Source of the DNA: a virus
Taxonomy: Duplodnaviria; Heunggongvirae; Uroviricota; Caudoviricetes
Length of the DNA: 64,000 nt
Strand: one strand, 5' to 3'
Virus record (IMG/VR): IMGVR_UViG_3300048793_000046
Positions 1-10,976 of this stretch are shown here, in pieces; the stretch's first letter is position 1, and each line of letters opens with the position of its first letter. Made by a program: the position numbers and the translations under genes. The notes beneath the pieces are model-generated. The model saw nothing but the letters and a program-made list of their open reading frames with translations, was not told where the DNA came from and searched no databases.

Positions 1-205
1 CCGTGCAATGCGTGGTCGGTCTCTGCTATCTCACGACCGGCGGCAACGGTCCGAACCACCGCGCCGAAGTCTCGGGCTCCGCCTACACCGATGGTGCCTA
101 TACATTCTACCGCCCTCAACTCACGATGATGATCAAGACGGTCGAGACCCAGTTCGACGAATGGAAAAATGTCGTCGGTTGGAAACTCGACCTTGAGGAA
201 ATCTG

Positions 206-634
206 ATGAAACGGTTTCTCATCCTCGTTGCTGTCGTGATGATGTGCTTGACTGTGCCTGCGGCCAGTCGCGGTCCGGCTGTTCACGTCATCCGACACGA
301 TGACGGCGGCGTTCTCATCAAGTACATCGGCAGATACGTGGGATGGGACGACAACGGGGACCTAGTGCGGCTTGACGGCAAGTGCATGAGTGCTTGCACG
401 CTCATCTTGGGCACCTTCGATAACGACAGGCTATGCGCGACACGTCGCGCGCAGTTCGGATTTCATTCGGCGATCAAGGAAGGCGAGTACACCGCCGATG
501 GGACTGCGTTCATGTGGTTCTTCTACGGCGCGCACGTTCGCCGCGCCCTCGCGCGACGCGAATGGAATTGGCCATCATACCATCCCGAGTTTTTGATGAT
601 CGACGCACAAGAGCTTGTGCGGCCATGCGAGTAA
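206..634 (+). CDS. secreted or lipoprotein-like hypothetical protein (N-terminal signal peptide MKRFLILVAVVMMCLTVPAAS)
   Basis: ORF with hydrophobic N-terminus; plausible codon usage. Confidence 0.4.
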   Translation: MKRFLILVAVVMMCLTVPAASRGPAVHVIRHDDGGVLIKYIGRYVGWDDNGDLVRLDGKCMSACTLILGTFDNDRLCATRRAQFGFHSAIKEGEYTADGTAFMWFFYGAHVRRALARREWNWPSYHPEFLMIDAQELVRPCE

Positions 635-3209
635 AGCAATGACCCTCCCCTTCACATTCTACTGGGCGAATGCGAACGAGACGACGTTCAACCCGAGCAC
701 AATGAACGTGTTCAACGAGAACATCTTCTCATTCACAATTCAGCATGACGAGGGCCAGCATCCGACGCTGGACCTGATCGTAAAGAACCCGCGCATCGGC
801 CTGCTCGCGCCGGGCCGCAAAGTATGGGCATGGTTGGCGTGGCAGAGTGACGCCGTTGATCCGAACTACCACGGCGCGCTAGTGCCGATCTTCTTTGGCG
901 CGCTTGTCGGCGTGCCTACGAGCCTGTTCAAAGAGAAGGTCACTTTTCAATTCATCGCGCGCTCGCCGCAGTTCATACGCGAGAAACAGGCGCTCGCCGA
1001 AACCATGAAGACACCGCCCTTCTATGATCCGATCTTCATTGAGACGAACAAGCGCGATGACCCCGATACTATCCTTGAGGGCTGGTCCGCGCTCTGGCAT
1101 ATCGACCGCACATCGCTTGCGATCACCGCAAGTGACATCCTTGTCGGAGAAGATGGCAACGTCGAGTTCTTCGAGAGCATGGCGTTCTATGACAGTGTGT
1201 CGCTGCAATTGGGCTCGCCGCCGCTCGACAACATCCGTGTCGAAGCAACGGTCAACTGGACCCAGCGCACGTCGGGCTTCTTCACGGTGCCGACTGTGAA
1301 CATTTCCAGCTACACTGGCGAAAGCCTGATGAGTGATTGGCCCAAGGCAGGAGGCGGTATCGGCGGCGGGTACAAGTGCGAGAGCAGCTTCATCACTGAC
1401 TACTACTTCATCGGGGAGACGCCCAACACTACCTATAGCTCGTCGTGGACGAACAGCGATCCTAATCCGGGTCAGTGCTCGAATGCTTCGGCATCTTACT
1501 CGTCGAGCGGCCCGGCACTGCTCTCACCAAACCCGTTGCAGAATGTGCTCACGGAGTATTACAGATCGGGCCTATGTTTTCCAGACAGCGATCCGCCGCA
1601 GAATATCCCGCTGGAGAGTTCATCGAGCGGCATCCTCATTCCGCTTTGGAGTGTCGGGCTCGACATGACCATCCGCTACGACGCGAGCCGTCAGTTTTCG
1701 GAAATCCTGTCGTTCGACATGCTCGCGAACGTGCAGGGCATTCTTGCGTCGCCGGTAGTCGATCAGCATACCGAGTTGCTGACGATAGCGTCGGTTGATA
1801 TCGGGCAGCCGCTCACTGAGTTGGCCGCGTGGACAGATTTTTCTGGGCGCAGTGTCGGGCTCGGGCAAGTAGTCTACCCGAACAACCCGACGACGCCGGG
1901 CGGCCTGTCGTTTCAGATTTGCTTTGTGGCTGGCACCGCTGGCGCGACTGAGCCGGTATTCAGCGACATCCCGGGCGCAGTCACGGTCGATAACAGCGTG
2001 CGTTGGGCGAGCCTCGGCACTCAGGGCGTATCAGAGGCATCGGCTTGGTCGCCCGGCGCATTCGTGCCTTTCGGTCAGATCATGCTCTTGCAGCAACAGG
2101 TGTTCAACCTCAACACCGGCAATTTCGAAGATGTGGTCGGGCAGTCAAGCTATTACATCTGCACGGGCGCTGGCCAAACCAACGGCGTGTACACGGTCTT
2201 CTCGTACACGCCGCCGCTCACATCGAACGTTGAGCCAACTCCGGCGATCAGGAATATCGACTACATCGCGCAGCCCACGTTCTCGACGAGCGTCGGCGTG
2301 CTCATCTCTGATGGCACTGTGCAGTGGACCGTCCTTGGTCAGTCGCCTTCATTGCTCAGCATCCCTATTGGCGGTACGCCGGACAGCGTCACGGCACGCA
2401 CATACTTCCCGACCGGACGCGGGATCGTAAGCGCCGAGTACCTGATCAGCCGTGCCCGCGCTCGGCTGCGCTTCCGGTCGCGAGCGGTGAAGGTCGGATG
2501 GGAAGCGCGCTTCTCCGATGTCGTTCCGCTGTCGTGCCGTCACAACGCGACGCTGTTCGATCCGCGTATACCCGGCGGAGCCGCCACTGGAAAGGTTGTA
2601 AGCTATTCGCTGACGTGCAGCGGCGACGGCGTGATCAAAGGCAAGGTCGAGATCGGATGTGCCATTGGTTTCGGCGAGAGCATCAACGAAATCACCGGCA
2701 CGCCTGAGTATGTCAACGCTGGATACGTGCAAGCTGGTTATCAGGTTTACGATGGCAGCATGATCGCGCACGGCAGCGGAGAGACTACGTTCTCATTGCC
2801 AATCGACGGCGGCGGTTTCGATGACGGCCTACACTTCCCGCTGCGGTGGGAAGACGTAAGCGATGGCGGGCTCGTCAGCGGGACAATTGCCGAGCAAAAA
2901 ATCGCGATTGAGAAGTCGTTCGTCGCGGCCCGTCAATTGCAGTTCTTGAATGCGGCGGGCGGCTCTATCGGAGGCGGCAACAACACCGTCAGCGGCGTTC
3001 CGCCGAACGTCGCATGGCAGATCACGCGCGAGCAACTCGCACTGCTCAGTCAGAACACTCCCTACGTCATGGCTGCGAACCCAATCTCGTGGTCGTGTCT
3101 GCTCAAGCCGTGCGCGGGCAACGGTCCCTTCGGCGGGGCGTATGCCATCCACGTTTCGCCCCTCGTCGTTCCCCAAGGTATCAATCTGGAGGCACCGTCG
3201 TCGCCATGA
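615..3209 (+). CDS. large virion structural protein (864 aa), Ser/Thr/Gly-rich, probably tail-associated
   Basis: long ORF on the late arm, followed by fibre-like genes; no specific motif recognised. Confidence 0.5.
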   Translation: MCGHASKAMTLPFTFYWANANETTFNPSTMNVFNENIFSFTIQHDEGQHPTLDLIVKNPRIGLLAPGRKVWAWLAWQSDAVDPNYHGALVPIFFGALVGVPTSLFKEKVTFQFIARSPQFIREKQALAETMKTPPFYDPIFIETNKRDDPDTILEGWSALWHIDRTSLAITASDILVGEDGNVEFFESMAFYDSVSLQLGSPPLDNIRVEATVNWTQRTSGFFTVPTVNISSYTGESLMSDWPKAGGGIGGGYKCESSFITDYYFIGETPNTTYSSSWTNSDPNPGQCSNASASYSSSGPALLSPNPLQNVLTEYYRSGLCFPDSDPPQNIPLESSSSGILIPLWSVGLDMTIRYDASRQFSEILSFDMLANVQGILASPVVDQHTELLTIASVDIGQPLTELAAWTDFSGRSVGLGQVVYPNNPTTPGGLSFQICFVAGTAGATEPVFSDIPGAVTVDNSVRWASLGTQGVSEASAWSPGAFVPFGQIMLLQQQVFNLNTGNFEDVVGQSSYYICTGAGQTNGVYTVFSYTPPLTSNVEPTPAIRNIDYIAQPTFSTSVGVLISDGTVQWTVLGQSPSLLSIPIGGTPDSVTARTYFPTGRGIVSAEYLISRARARLRFRSRAVKVGWEARFSDVVPLSCRHNATLFDPRIPGGAATGKVVSYSLTCSGDGVIKGKVEIGCAIGFGESINEITGTPEYVNAGYVQAGYQVYDGSMIAHGSGETTFSLPIDGGGFDDGLHFPLRWEDVSDGGLVSGTIAEQKIAIEKSFVAARQLQFLNAAGGSIGGGNNTVSGVPPNVAWQITREQLALLSQNTPYVMAANPISWSCLLKPCAGNGPFGGAYAIHVSPLVVPQGINLEAPSSP

Positions 3210-3443
3210 GTGGTCTTGAACCGATCATCCGCCCGTTCGTGGGCGAGCAAGTAGGTCCTCAACCCTTCCATCCGGGCAACAGCGCGAGTGCGCCGCCGGT
3301 TCGGCTTTCTATCGGCCTCGTCGGCGGATCGAAGACGTTCTCGTTTAGCTCAAGCACGACGCTGTCTTCGTACATGGCTGCCGTTCACACGGAGAAGCCT
3401 TCGGACGCATTCGACATGACGACCGGAAAGCTGGCGCAATAAG

Positions 3444-5186
3444 ATGGCCTTCACCCGCAGAACGCACGTAGTCAGGATTTACGACAACGATACCGGCGAC
3501 AAGGGCGGCGACTTCGTCGATGTCGAAGTTCTCGATGCTATCGCCTTTCGCAAAGAGAACGGGCAGGAAGTCATCCTGAATATGGTGCCCGCCAACTCGT
3601 CGCCGCATATCGTGGACGAGACGGGCGGCGGACACGGAAAGCAGCCGGGCAAGCCTACGCAGCTAACTCACATGCAGCGGGTAGTCGGCAAGAAAAGCAG
3701 CAACAAGCTGGACATCGAAGTCGTGGATGCCATGGCGTTTCGCGATCAGAACGGCGAAGAATGGATTTTGAACGCCAAGGACGTAAGCGCCGACCCCAGT
3801 GTATTCGACACGACGACCGGAAGTGGCGCGGGCAAGGCAACGCGCAGAACGCACAAAGAGAAAATATCGGTCGGCTTCGTCAAGAATGCTTCGGAGTATC
3901 TGACTGTCGAACGGTGCGATGCTATCTCATTCAGGACGACGAACGGAAAAGAGGTTATTTTTTCGTGCCCCTCCAGCGATGATCCCAATGGGTCGGACCC
4001 GCGCGCCGGGACGTTCATCTCGTCGCCAACTGGATACGACCCCACAAACCCAACCGGCCCGGAGCCCCCGAAGAATACGGACGCGCACAACTACGTCTCA
4101 TTCGTCGCGGGAGCAGATGGTTTCCTGACTGACGACGCGCGCATCGCGCAAGGGCCATTTTGGTGGATCAGAAACGTGACCGCTGGGGATATCCTCTTCG
4201 TTGAAGTTTCGTATTTCGCATCTAACCCCACGAGCATGCTGGATAACGACCCAACAGTTCAATTGCTCAATCCGTATGGACCTCGCGTGTGGGATGTCCT
4301 AAACAAGGTCGATCAACTGTTGCCCGGTATCGGCAATCCCCCGCCGATTAAAAATCCGGTCACCGATGCAATGCTGAGTAGCTATTATCAGTGGACCCCG
4401 GTCCCTAAAGTCGAGACGCACTCCGATCTTTCCACTAGTCCGGATGTGGTGTACTATCTTTTACGCCCCGGAGCTAATATCCCCTTCCCCATCACGTCTT
4501 TGAACTATCTGGACCAAATTGTCGTAGGTCATCAAGCTTTTACCGGCAACCCGATATTCGCAACCTTGGTTGACTTCGCGGGAGGCGTATTCGACAGTCT
4601 ACTCGTGGACAATGGACCGGGAAGTCTGTACGACATCGCCATAAAAAACGGGTTCGATATCAACAGAATTTACAAGGGCATAAATCTGTGGTCTTCGAAA
4701 GAGGCTGCCGACTACGCTCAAAACGCTTACGCGGTGATCAACAATATTTTCAACGCGAATAACACGAGCGCTGGCACCATTCCTTTCGTCACTCCCTTCC
4801 AGACAGTAGTTACGCTTCCGCTTTCGTCGAGCAGTCAAGCGAGCACTAGAGCGGGAACTGCGATATTCGAGATGAACATTTCGCAGGTTAAGGCAGCGGT
4901 CTTGGCGGCTACCCCGGCCAGACCGGGAGCGACTTCGGTTGATCTGTTCAAGATTGCAGTGACATTGAACTCTCCATCGGGCAGCGTTTCCGTGACGGCG
5001 AAAGCGTATAAGAAATTACGGAATTTCACGCTCGACAAAAACAATGCCCCAACTTTCACGCCGTGGGACCCGCCGGAGACAGCCGGGGCGTGGGGTAAGC
5101 AAGGTTCGGGTAGCACAACGTTCAATGCCACGATCACCGCGAGCCTCAACCTGAAAACATTGGATATCACTTTCGCCATCGCCTAA
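3444..5186 (+). CDS. structural protein (580 aa) with three N-terminal ~60-aa repeats (TRRTH..D..AF/SFR..NG.E.I)
   Basis: internal repeats visible in translation; position in the structural arm. Confidence 0.5.
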   Translation: MAFTRRTHVVRIYDNDTGDKGGDFVDVEVLDAIAFRKENGQEVILNMVPANSSPHIVDETGGGHGKQPGKPTQLTHMQRVVGKKSSNKLDIEVVDAMAFRDQNGEEWILNAKDVSADPSVFDTTTGSGAGKATRRTHKEKISVGFVKNASEYLTVERCDAISFRTTNGKEVIFSCPSSDDPNGSDPRAGTFISSPTGYDPTNPTGPEPPKNTDAHNYVSFVAGADGFLTDDARIAQGPFWWIRNVTAGDILFVEVSYFASNPTSMLDNDPTVQLLNPYGPRVWDVLNKVDQLLPGIGNPPPIKNPVTDAMLSSYYQWTPVPKVETHSDLSTSPDVVYYLLRPGANIPFPITSLNYLDQIVVGHQAFTGNPIFATLVDFAGGVFDSLLVDNGPGSLYDIAIKNGFDINRIYKGINLWSSKEAADYAQNAYAVINNIFNANNTSAGTIPFVTPFQTVVTLPLSSSSQASTRAGTAIFEMNISQVKAAVLAATPARPGATSVDLFKIAVTLNSPSGSVSVTAKAYKKLRNFTLDKNNAPTFTPWDPPETAGAWGKQGSGSTTFNATITASLNLKTLDITFAIA

Positions 5187-5247
5187 GACCCTTGACGCTG
5201 CCCTAAAATATGGTTAATGACACACTCTCCCCGGAAGGATCACGCAC

Positions 5248-6096
5248 ATGGTCGCCAGTCTCACATACCGCACGAGTGACGGAACGCGCTGGGGTGGCGG
5301 CCTCGGGTCCGATCTCTCTGCTACGCAAGTCGATCTCAACTTCTGGACACTGTTCTCTGCGGTGCAGGGGCTTCAAAGTATTACGCTAGGCGCTGGCATC
5401 GACTTCATCAATCAGCCCGCCGCAGGCAACCTGTTCTTCATCCACTTGACCGATCATCGCGTACTCGGGCCGTTCGTTATTCCGACCGCGCAGTGGACCC
5501 CGCGCGGCCAGTGGTTGCCGAACACAGTATATGCGACTTACGATGTCGTCTCGATCAACGGCTCACTCTACCTCATCACTATCCCGCATACGAGCGGCGC
5601 GACGTTCTCTGCATTCGCGACGGATGGCAGCGGACATCTTCTCTACAATCTATTGCTGCAACAGCCTGCAAACGAACTCCCGACTGGCGGCACTCTCGGA
5701 CAGCGGCTCATCAAGGCTAGCGGTAGCGATTTTGTCACGGCGTGGCAATCCGATTTTATCCGACTGGCCATTTTTGTAGCGGGCTTTCCTAATCCCAGTG
5801 AAACTCTGCTCCAGTATACAGTCGTGGACGATATGTTCCTGCCTGCGGGACTGACCGGCTCGGTCTTCTTTCAGAATACGCCAACTTCTAGCACCGTCAC
5901 CTATTCTATCTTCAAGAACGGCTCTGCCGTTGGCGTCGTCAATTTCAATGGTCCGTCGCCAGAGACCATCACCGTGACGTTTTCGGCGCAAGTCAACTTC
6001 GTCCCGGGAGATGTCATCACACTCACGGCTCCGGCGGTACCGGATGCCGCACAATCAGACATCTCATTCACGTTCCTCGCCACTCTGACGCGCTAA
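5248..6096 (+). CDS. hypothetical structural protein (282 aa)
   Basis: ORF preceded by TTGACG-16nt-TTAATG promoter-like element at 5192-5219. Confidence 0.45.
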   Translation: MVASLTYRTSDGTRWGGGLGSDLSATQVDLNFWTLFSAVQGLQSITLGAGIDFINQPAAGNLFFIHLTDHRVLGPFVIPTAQWTPRGQWLPNTVYATYDVVSINGSLYLITIPHTSGATFSAFATDGSGHLLYNLLLQQPANELPTGGTLGQRLIKASGSDFVTAWQSDFIRLAIFVAGFPNPSETLLQYTVVDDMFLPAGLTGSVFFQNTPTSSTVTYSIFKNGSAVGVVNFNGPSPETITVTFSAQVNFVPGDVITLTAPAVPDAAQSDISFTFLATLTR

Positions 6097-6105
6097 GGAT
6101 TAGTC

Positions 6106-8109
6106 ATGGGCTACCATAATCAACTCGTCAACTATCTGTCGTCCGCGAAGTACGGCGCTGTCACCGCGTGGGCGACCGCAGCGGCAAAGACGGTCGGCCA
6201 GATCGTGCGCCAGACCGCGCCAACGTCGGGCAACGAGCGGCTATGGCTTTGCTACGTCGCGGGCACCACGCACGCAACCACGGAGCCGACGTGGACAACT
6301 TCGCGCGGCGACAAGATCGCGACAGATGGCACTGTCTCGTGGATCGAAGTGACGGGTCTTCCCGCTGTCAACGCCGATAGCGCGAACACGCCTAACTGGA
6401 CGAACGGCGCTAAGAGCCAGTTCAACAATCAGGGTCACCTCATCAAAGACGTGGCTGGCACGCACTATTTTATCTGTACGACCAACGGGACCGGGGGCTC
6501 TGGCGCGGAGCCGACATGGAACACCGCCGCTCTCGGTAACACGACTGTCGATAACGGCGCGACGTGGACCTACATCGGTCTTGTCTCGTCATTCTCTACG
6601 CACTGGGGCGCACCTCACGCGACCATCACTCTCGCCACCAATAACAACTGGATGGAAAACGCGGGAGCGGGTCAAGCGCGTCGAACAATTTTTCTTGGTC
6701 ACGATCACGCGGAGAGCCGTTCGAGCAACTTTATCGGTCTCAATACTGCCAACTACACCAACAATCTGAATAACGGCAACTCGCTGGATATAGTTTGCGT
6801 GAGCACGGCGGGCAGCGTCCCTCCAGTCTCCGCCGACCTGTCCACGGCGGGCGCGATCACCACGACCGGCTCAAACGGTATCGCCATTGCTGGCGGCACC
6901 TACCGATGGGTCTACGGCATCACCTTCACGGCGGGCACCTCAGCGAACATCTCGATTGATTTTTCAGGCGAAAACAGCGACCGCTTCTTTGAGAATTGCG
7001 TGTTTGCTCTCGGGGCCGGTACCGGCTCGGGCGCGAACATGAACTTCAACGGCAGTTGCGGACGCCAGCACTTCAAAGGCTGCACGTTCACGTTCTCGAA
7101 TACCGGCCATAACTTCGGCGGCGGTCGCGTCAATTGCGAGTTCGACAACTGCACCTTCAACGGCAGTTCGCCAACGGTCAATGGTTTGTTCCTCGGCTCC
7201 GCTGGCGGATATGCGATCTTCCGCAATTGCGATTTCAGTGCGTGGACAAATGCGATCTTCCACTCGGGCACCAGCAACGTCAACTCGACCTTCATCTTCC
7301 GCGACTGCAAGATGCCGACAGGTTGGACGCCCGGCGACAATTTCGCCAACGGCGTAACCAACACTTCCGAAACTCTCATCTTCTCCCGCTGCAACACGGC
7401 GGGCGTCGCCAATCAGTGGCAGTTCTGGCAGAACGATGGCGCGGGCAACAACATACAGGCCGACAATCTTACTGCTCGTGTAGGCGGCTTGGCAGACGCG
7501 GGAACGCCGGTCTCGTGGAGGGTCACAACCAAAACCAACGTCACGATGAACTCGTCAGATGCAAGGCCACCGATGCTTGCGGAGTGGAACCCCGTGACTG
7601 GGGCCAACGTAACGGCGACCATCTTCGGTGTCATCAACGCCGCCGCGCTGCCGACCAACGACTACTGCTTCTTTGATATCGATTATCTCGGCAACTCGGA
7701 TACCCTCGGCGTTCGCAAGTCCTCGCGCATCGCCGACTATCTCGCGACGCCCGCCGCTGTTACAGCGGACACGTCGGACTGGACCACCGGAGCGGTCGCG
7801 GCTCGGCAGAACACGCATACCTATGCAGTCGGCGACGCGATCAAACTCGCGAGCAACGCGGGCCGCATTTTCTTCTGCACGGCCTCTTCGGGCAACACGG
7901 CGGGCAGCGAGCCCGGCGGCTACGCCTCTGCGGTTGACGGTGGCTCTGTCACGGACGGCTCCGCCACTTTCTGCGCGGGCATGAGGTTCAAGATGGCTGT
8001 CACACTGACGAGCCCGCAACCGCAACTGGCGGGCAACGTCTATGCTCAGATCAGGTTCGGTGCGCCCTCTGTCATAATCTATTTCGACCCGTCCTTGATC
8101 CTGACCTGA
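6106..8109 (+). CDS. tailspike/tail-fibre protein with right-handed parallel beta-helix (pectate-lyase-like) repeats
   Basis: repeated FxNCxF / NCTFNGS / FRNCDF / FRDCKM coils typical of beta-helix depolymerase folds; Gly/Thr/Asn-rich. Confidence 0.55.
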   Translation: MGYHNQLVNYLSSAKYGAVTAWATAAAKTVGQIVRQTAPTSGNERLWLCYVAGTTHATTEPTWTTSRGDKIATDGTVSWIEVTGLPAVNADSANTPNWTNGAKSQFNNQGHLIKDVAGTHYFICTTNGTGGSGAEPTWNTAALGNTTVDNGATWTYIGLVSSFSTHWGAPHATITLATNNNWMENAGAGQARRTIFLGHDHAESRSSNFIGLNTANYTNNLNNGNSLDIVCVSTAGSVPPVSADLSTAGAITTTGSNGIAIAGGTYRWVYGITFTAGTSANISIDFSGENSDRFFENCVFALGAGTGSGANMNFNGSCGRQHFKGCTFTFSNTGHNFGGGRVNCEFDNCTFNGSSPTVNGLFLGSAGGYAIFRNCDFSAWTNAIFHSGTSNVNSTFIFRDCKMPTGWTPGDNFANGVTNTSETLIFSRCNTAGVANQWQFWQNDGAGNNIQADNLTARVGGLADAGTPVSWRVTTKTNVTMNSSDARPPMLAEWNPVTGANVTATIFGVINAAALPTNDYCFFDIDYLGNSDTLGVRKSSRIADYLATPAAVTADTSDWTTGAVAARQNTHTYAVGDAIKLASNAGRIFFCTASSGNTAGSEPGGYASAVDGGSVTDGSATFCAGMRFKMAVTLTSPQPQLAGNVYAQIRFGAPSVIIYFDPSLILT

Positions 8110-8119
8110 GCATCGCCTG

Positions 8120-8674
8120 ATGGCTAACAACAAGTCCACGCTGATCACGGGGGGACTTATGTCCCCGTATTCTACCGTCCTCCTTTCGGATGACGGTACG
8201 AAGCGTGTGACTATAGTTGATGGCGTCGCGATCAATCAAGTCTCTGGCGGCGGAGTGTGGGCATCTACCGAAGCGCCCGATGTGATGGCCCTCATCGGCT
8301 ACCCGGGTTTCCCCGGCACGTTCGGCGATCTCGCCTCTACTGAGAGCGCGGACATCTTCGCGGCGGCAGGCTATCCGAACATCATCGGATTTTTAGTCGC
8401 GAGTGAAGCCCCGGATATCTTCTCAGCGTTCGGACGGCAACCGCTCTCTGGCGCTCTTGCGGCGACTGAGAGCCCGGATATTTTCGCTGCGACCGGCACC
8501 GGGCAGGGCGTGAACGGCACTTGGGTTTCAACGGAGGGGGTTGACACGTTAACCATGATAGGGAATACTCCCATCGCCGGTACGTGGGCATCCACCGAAG
8601 CCGCTGATCGATTTTCTGCAATTGGCGCTGGCGTCACTCGGGTTCGCCGTCGTCGCACTTTCTTCGCAACCTGA
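8120..8674 (+). CDS. repeat protein with six tandem ~21-aa units (wASTEaPDiFaAxG)
   Basis: repeats STEAPDVMALIGYPG / STESADIFAAAGYPN / ASEAPDIFSAFG / ATESPDIFAATG / STEGVDTLTMIGN / STEAADRFSAIGAG. Confidence 0.45.
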   Translation: MANNKSTLITGGLMSPYSTVLLSDDGTKRVTIVDGVAINQVSGGGVWASTEAPDVMALIGYPGFPGTFGDLASTESADIFAAAGYPNIIGFLVASEAPDIFSAFGRQPLSGALAATESPDIFAATGTGQGVNGTWVSTEGVDTLTMIGNTPIAGTWASTEAADRFSAIGAGVTRVRRRRTFFAT

Positions 8675-8687
8675 TCAGGAGGCTCAC

Positions 8688-9065
8688 ATGGGCGTCGTCT
8701 ACAATACCACGCTAAAAAACACGCGGATGACCAGCGTCGTCACCGCTATCGGCACTGCCGGGTTTCTCAACATCTACACCGCCGGTCTTGCCCTGTTGCT
8801 CGCAACTGTTCCGCTGCCCAACCCGGCGGGCACCGTCACGGGCGGCGTTCTGACTTTCTCGGGCATGCCACTGACCGAGGCGTCGGCGAATGCATCCGGT
8901 ACAGCGGCGGCGGCGACCGTCTCGACCGCTACCGGCGGCACCGGCACCGTGGTCGTCTCGGGCTTGACTGTGTCGTCCACTTCGGGTGACATCGTGCTGT
9001 CTTCGACGAACATCGTCGCGGGTCAGCCGTTCACGATCACCTCGGGCTCGATCACGCACGGCTAA
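8688..9065 (+). CDS. Ala/Thr/Gly-rich fibre-like protein (125 aa)
   Basis: start moved to the ATG at 8688, which has an AGGAGG RBS at 8676-8681; upstream ORF ends 8674. Confidence 0.4.
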   Translation: MGVVYNTTLKNTRMTSVVTAIGTAGFLNIYTAGLALLLATVPLPNPAGTVTGGVLTFSGMPLTEASANASGTAAAATVSTATGGTGTVVVSGLTVSSTSGDIVLSSTNIVAGQPFTITSGSITHG

Positions 9066-10033
9066 TGAAGCCCCCTCTTCATATCCAAGGCATGCATGGG
9101 ATAGGAGACTGCCTGCATCAGCGGGCGGTTCTTCGACAACTGATGCAGACGCGTGACGTGTCGCTGGAGACATCATGGCCAGCGATGTATCACGATCTCA
9201 TCGCGGACGGGCTGCGCGTTGTACGCCGTCCCGTGGCGCTGCGGACCCAGACCAAGAATGCCGTCCGCGAAAGCGAGGCGGCTAAATTTGTTTCACGTCA
9301 TCCGTTCGCGCGGGCGGGGATGCGTATTGCATATGGCGGGGGACAGGTGTTACAAGTCCCGAGCAAAACAGTTCTTGAGGTGATGTGCAATGTTACCGGA
9401 ACGAATTACGCGGAGGCGGACTATCGGCTTCCTGTCCCTGATGTATGGCAGACCGATCTCTTCAAGACCTTGGGAGCACTTCCGATGCGTTCCCGAGCTA
9501 AGCCGTGGATGGTCTACCGGCCCCTCGTCGCTCGACCTGAGTGGCGTGGCAGCATGGCACGCAATGCTGACCCGGAAGCTTACGCCGAACTCTTCAACTC
9601 CATCCGAGACGAGTTCTTCGTCGTCTCGGTCGCTGACCTTGTCGAAGGACAGGAATGGATCGTCGGCCCTGACGCTAAGGCGGACCTGAGTTTTCACCGG
9701 GGCGAGCTTGTATTCGAAACTCTAGCTGCTCTTTTCCAGCAAGCCGATCTCGTGTTCACCTCCAGCGGCTTCCCGGCGATCCTCGGTCCGGCGGTCGGCA
9801 CGCCCACAATTTCAATCGTCGGCGGCTATGAGGACTATCGCTGTCATGACAGCGGGGCGAAGTTCGCCCCCTACCTCGCAATCGGCCCGAGGGTCGGCTG
9901 TTCGTGCTGGACATCGGCCTGTCGCCAAGTGTGTGATAAGCAGATAGATATCGTCGCGGCGAAGGAGAGCATTCGTCAGTTCGTGTCCCCAATCTGTATA
10001 CAAAATCAGGACAGCCCATGCCCGGCTTCGTGA
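9065..10033 (+). CDS. glycosyltransferase family 9-like (heptosyltransferase-like)
   Basis: N-terminal GIGDCLHQRAVLRQL resembles the GT9 SLGDVxxTxPALRAL motif; sits beside gmd and fcl. Confidence 0.45.
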   Translation: MKPPLHIQGMHGIGDCLHQRAVLRQLMQTRDVSLETSWPAMYHDLIADGLRVVRRPVALRTQTKNAVRESEAAKFVSRHPFARAGMRIAYGGGQVLQVPSKTVLEVMCNVTGTNYAEADYRLPVPDVWQTDLFKTLGALPMRSRAKPWMVYRPLVARPEWRGSMARNADPEAYAELFNSIRDEFFVVSVADLVEGQEWIVGPDAKADLSFHRGELVFETLAALFQQADLVFTSSGFPAILGPAVGTPTISIVGGYEDYRCHDSGAKFAPYLAIGPRVGCSCWTSACRQVCDKQIDIVAAKESIRQFVSPICIQNQDSPCPAS

Positions 10034-10656
10034 TGATGCGTCCGCCGCAAGCACCGCTTCGAATGATCGCGCCGACTACTCAGGATGTCGCCGTCGTCAT
10101 GGGCGGAGGCGGCGACCCGTTCGCGGAGTGGGAACTCGCGAAAGAACTTTGCGGGCGCGCAGGCAAACATGCTAGTGTTTTTGCCGGGAATGACATGATA
10201 GAGATGTTTCCGGGAGATATCGATCACGCCGTCTCACTTCACCCCGACAAGCTCAGAATTTGGCTGCCACGCCGAAAGGCCGCAGGCTTCAACGACCCGC
10301 CGAAGGTTTGGGCTCATCGGAATTACGAGGGCGCGGTCACACACTGGACACGGGATTGGTCGGGCTCTACCGGACTGTTTTGCGTCAAGATCGCGCGAGA
10401 GAATGGTTTCGTTCACATCATCCTGTGCGGTGTGCCCATGACATTCGAAGGCGGACACTTTCTTCGGAAACAGCCGTGGGCCGCTTCGACCGGCTTCCGA
10501 CGCGGATGGGAGGGCCGCACACTTGAGCTTCAACCCTATCTCCGAAGCATGGGCGGATGGACGCAAGAAGAGTTTGGAGCGCCGACCGAGGACTGGCTCC
10601 GCACCGATATCGAAGACAGACATCGAAACCTTTACACCGTGGGATTAAAAGCATGA
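10018..10656 (+). CDS. hypothetical protein (212 aa) in the glycan cassette
   Basis: ORF in an operon-like arrangement. Confidence 0.4.
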   Translation: MPGFVMMRPPQAPLRMIAPTTQDVAVVMGGGGDPFAEWELAKELCGRAGKHASVFAGNDMIEMFPGDIDHAVSLHPDKLRIWLPRRKAAGFNDPPKVWAHRNYEGAVTHWTRDWSGSTGLFCVKIARENGFVHIILCGVPMTFEGGHFLRKQPWAASTGFRRGWEGRTLELQPYLRSMGGWTQEEFGAPTEDWLRTDIEDRHRNLYTVGLKA

Positions 10657-10976
10657 TGAAACCTTTCAAGATATTCGGTATCGCGCCGACGCGCGAAAAG
10701 TTTCCGTGGGTGATCTTCTTTCTGCTTACGGTGCTGTTCCTGATCGGCGTCTCCCGGCACGCACATAGCGAAGAAGACATCTGGGCCTGCTACGCCTCGC
10801 AGCGCTATCAAGCCATGTCCTCGGGTTGGCCCGCGTGCAACGAGATGAGCTATCTGTGCTCGCGCGTTCAACAGTACCTCCAGTCTCATACTATTGAAGA
10901 GGGCCGCGCCGAAGGTGAAAAACTTCACATCCCGCAGTGGCTCCGTGCGAAAGCCGAAAGGTGCATCCCCAAATGA
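10653..10976 (+). CDS. small membrane protein (107 aa, one transmembrane segment)
   Basis: start chosen at MMKPFKIF; hydrophobic stretch [14 protein letters not shown]. Confidence 0.35.
   Translation: MMKPFKIFGIAPTREKFPWVIFFLLTVLFLIGVSRHAHSEEDIWACYASQRYQAMSSGWPACNEMSYLCSRVQQYLQSHTIEEGRAEGEKLHIPQWLRAKAERCIPK

Noticed and set aside
6912-8235. Minus-strand ORFs 6912-7412, 7413-7658 and 7555-8235
   Set aside because: Antisense to the beta-helix tailspike gene; Arg/Ala-rich composition typical of shadow ORFs in high-GC DNA.
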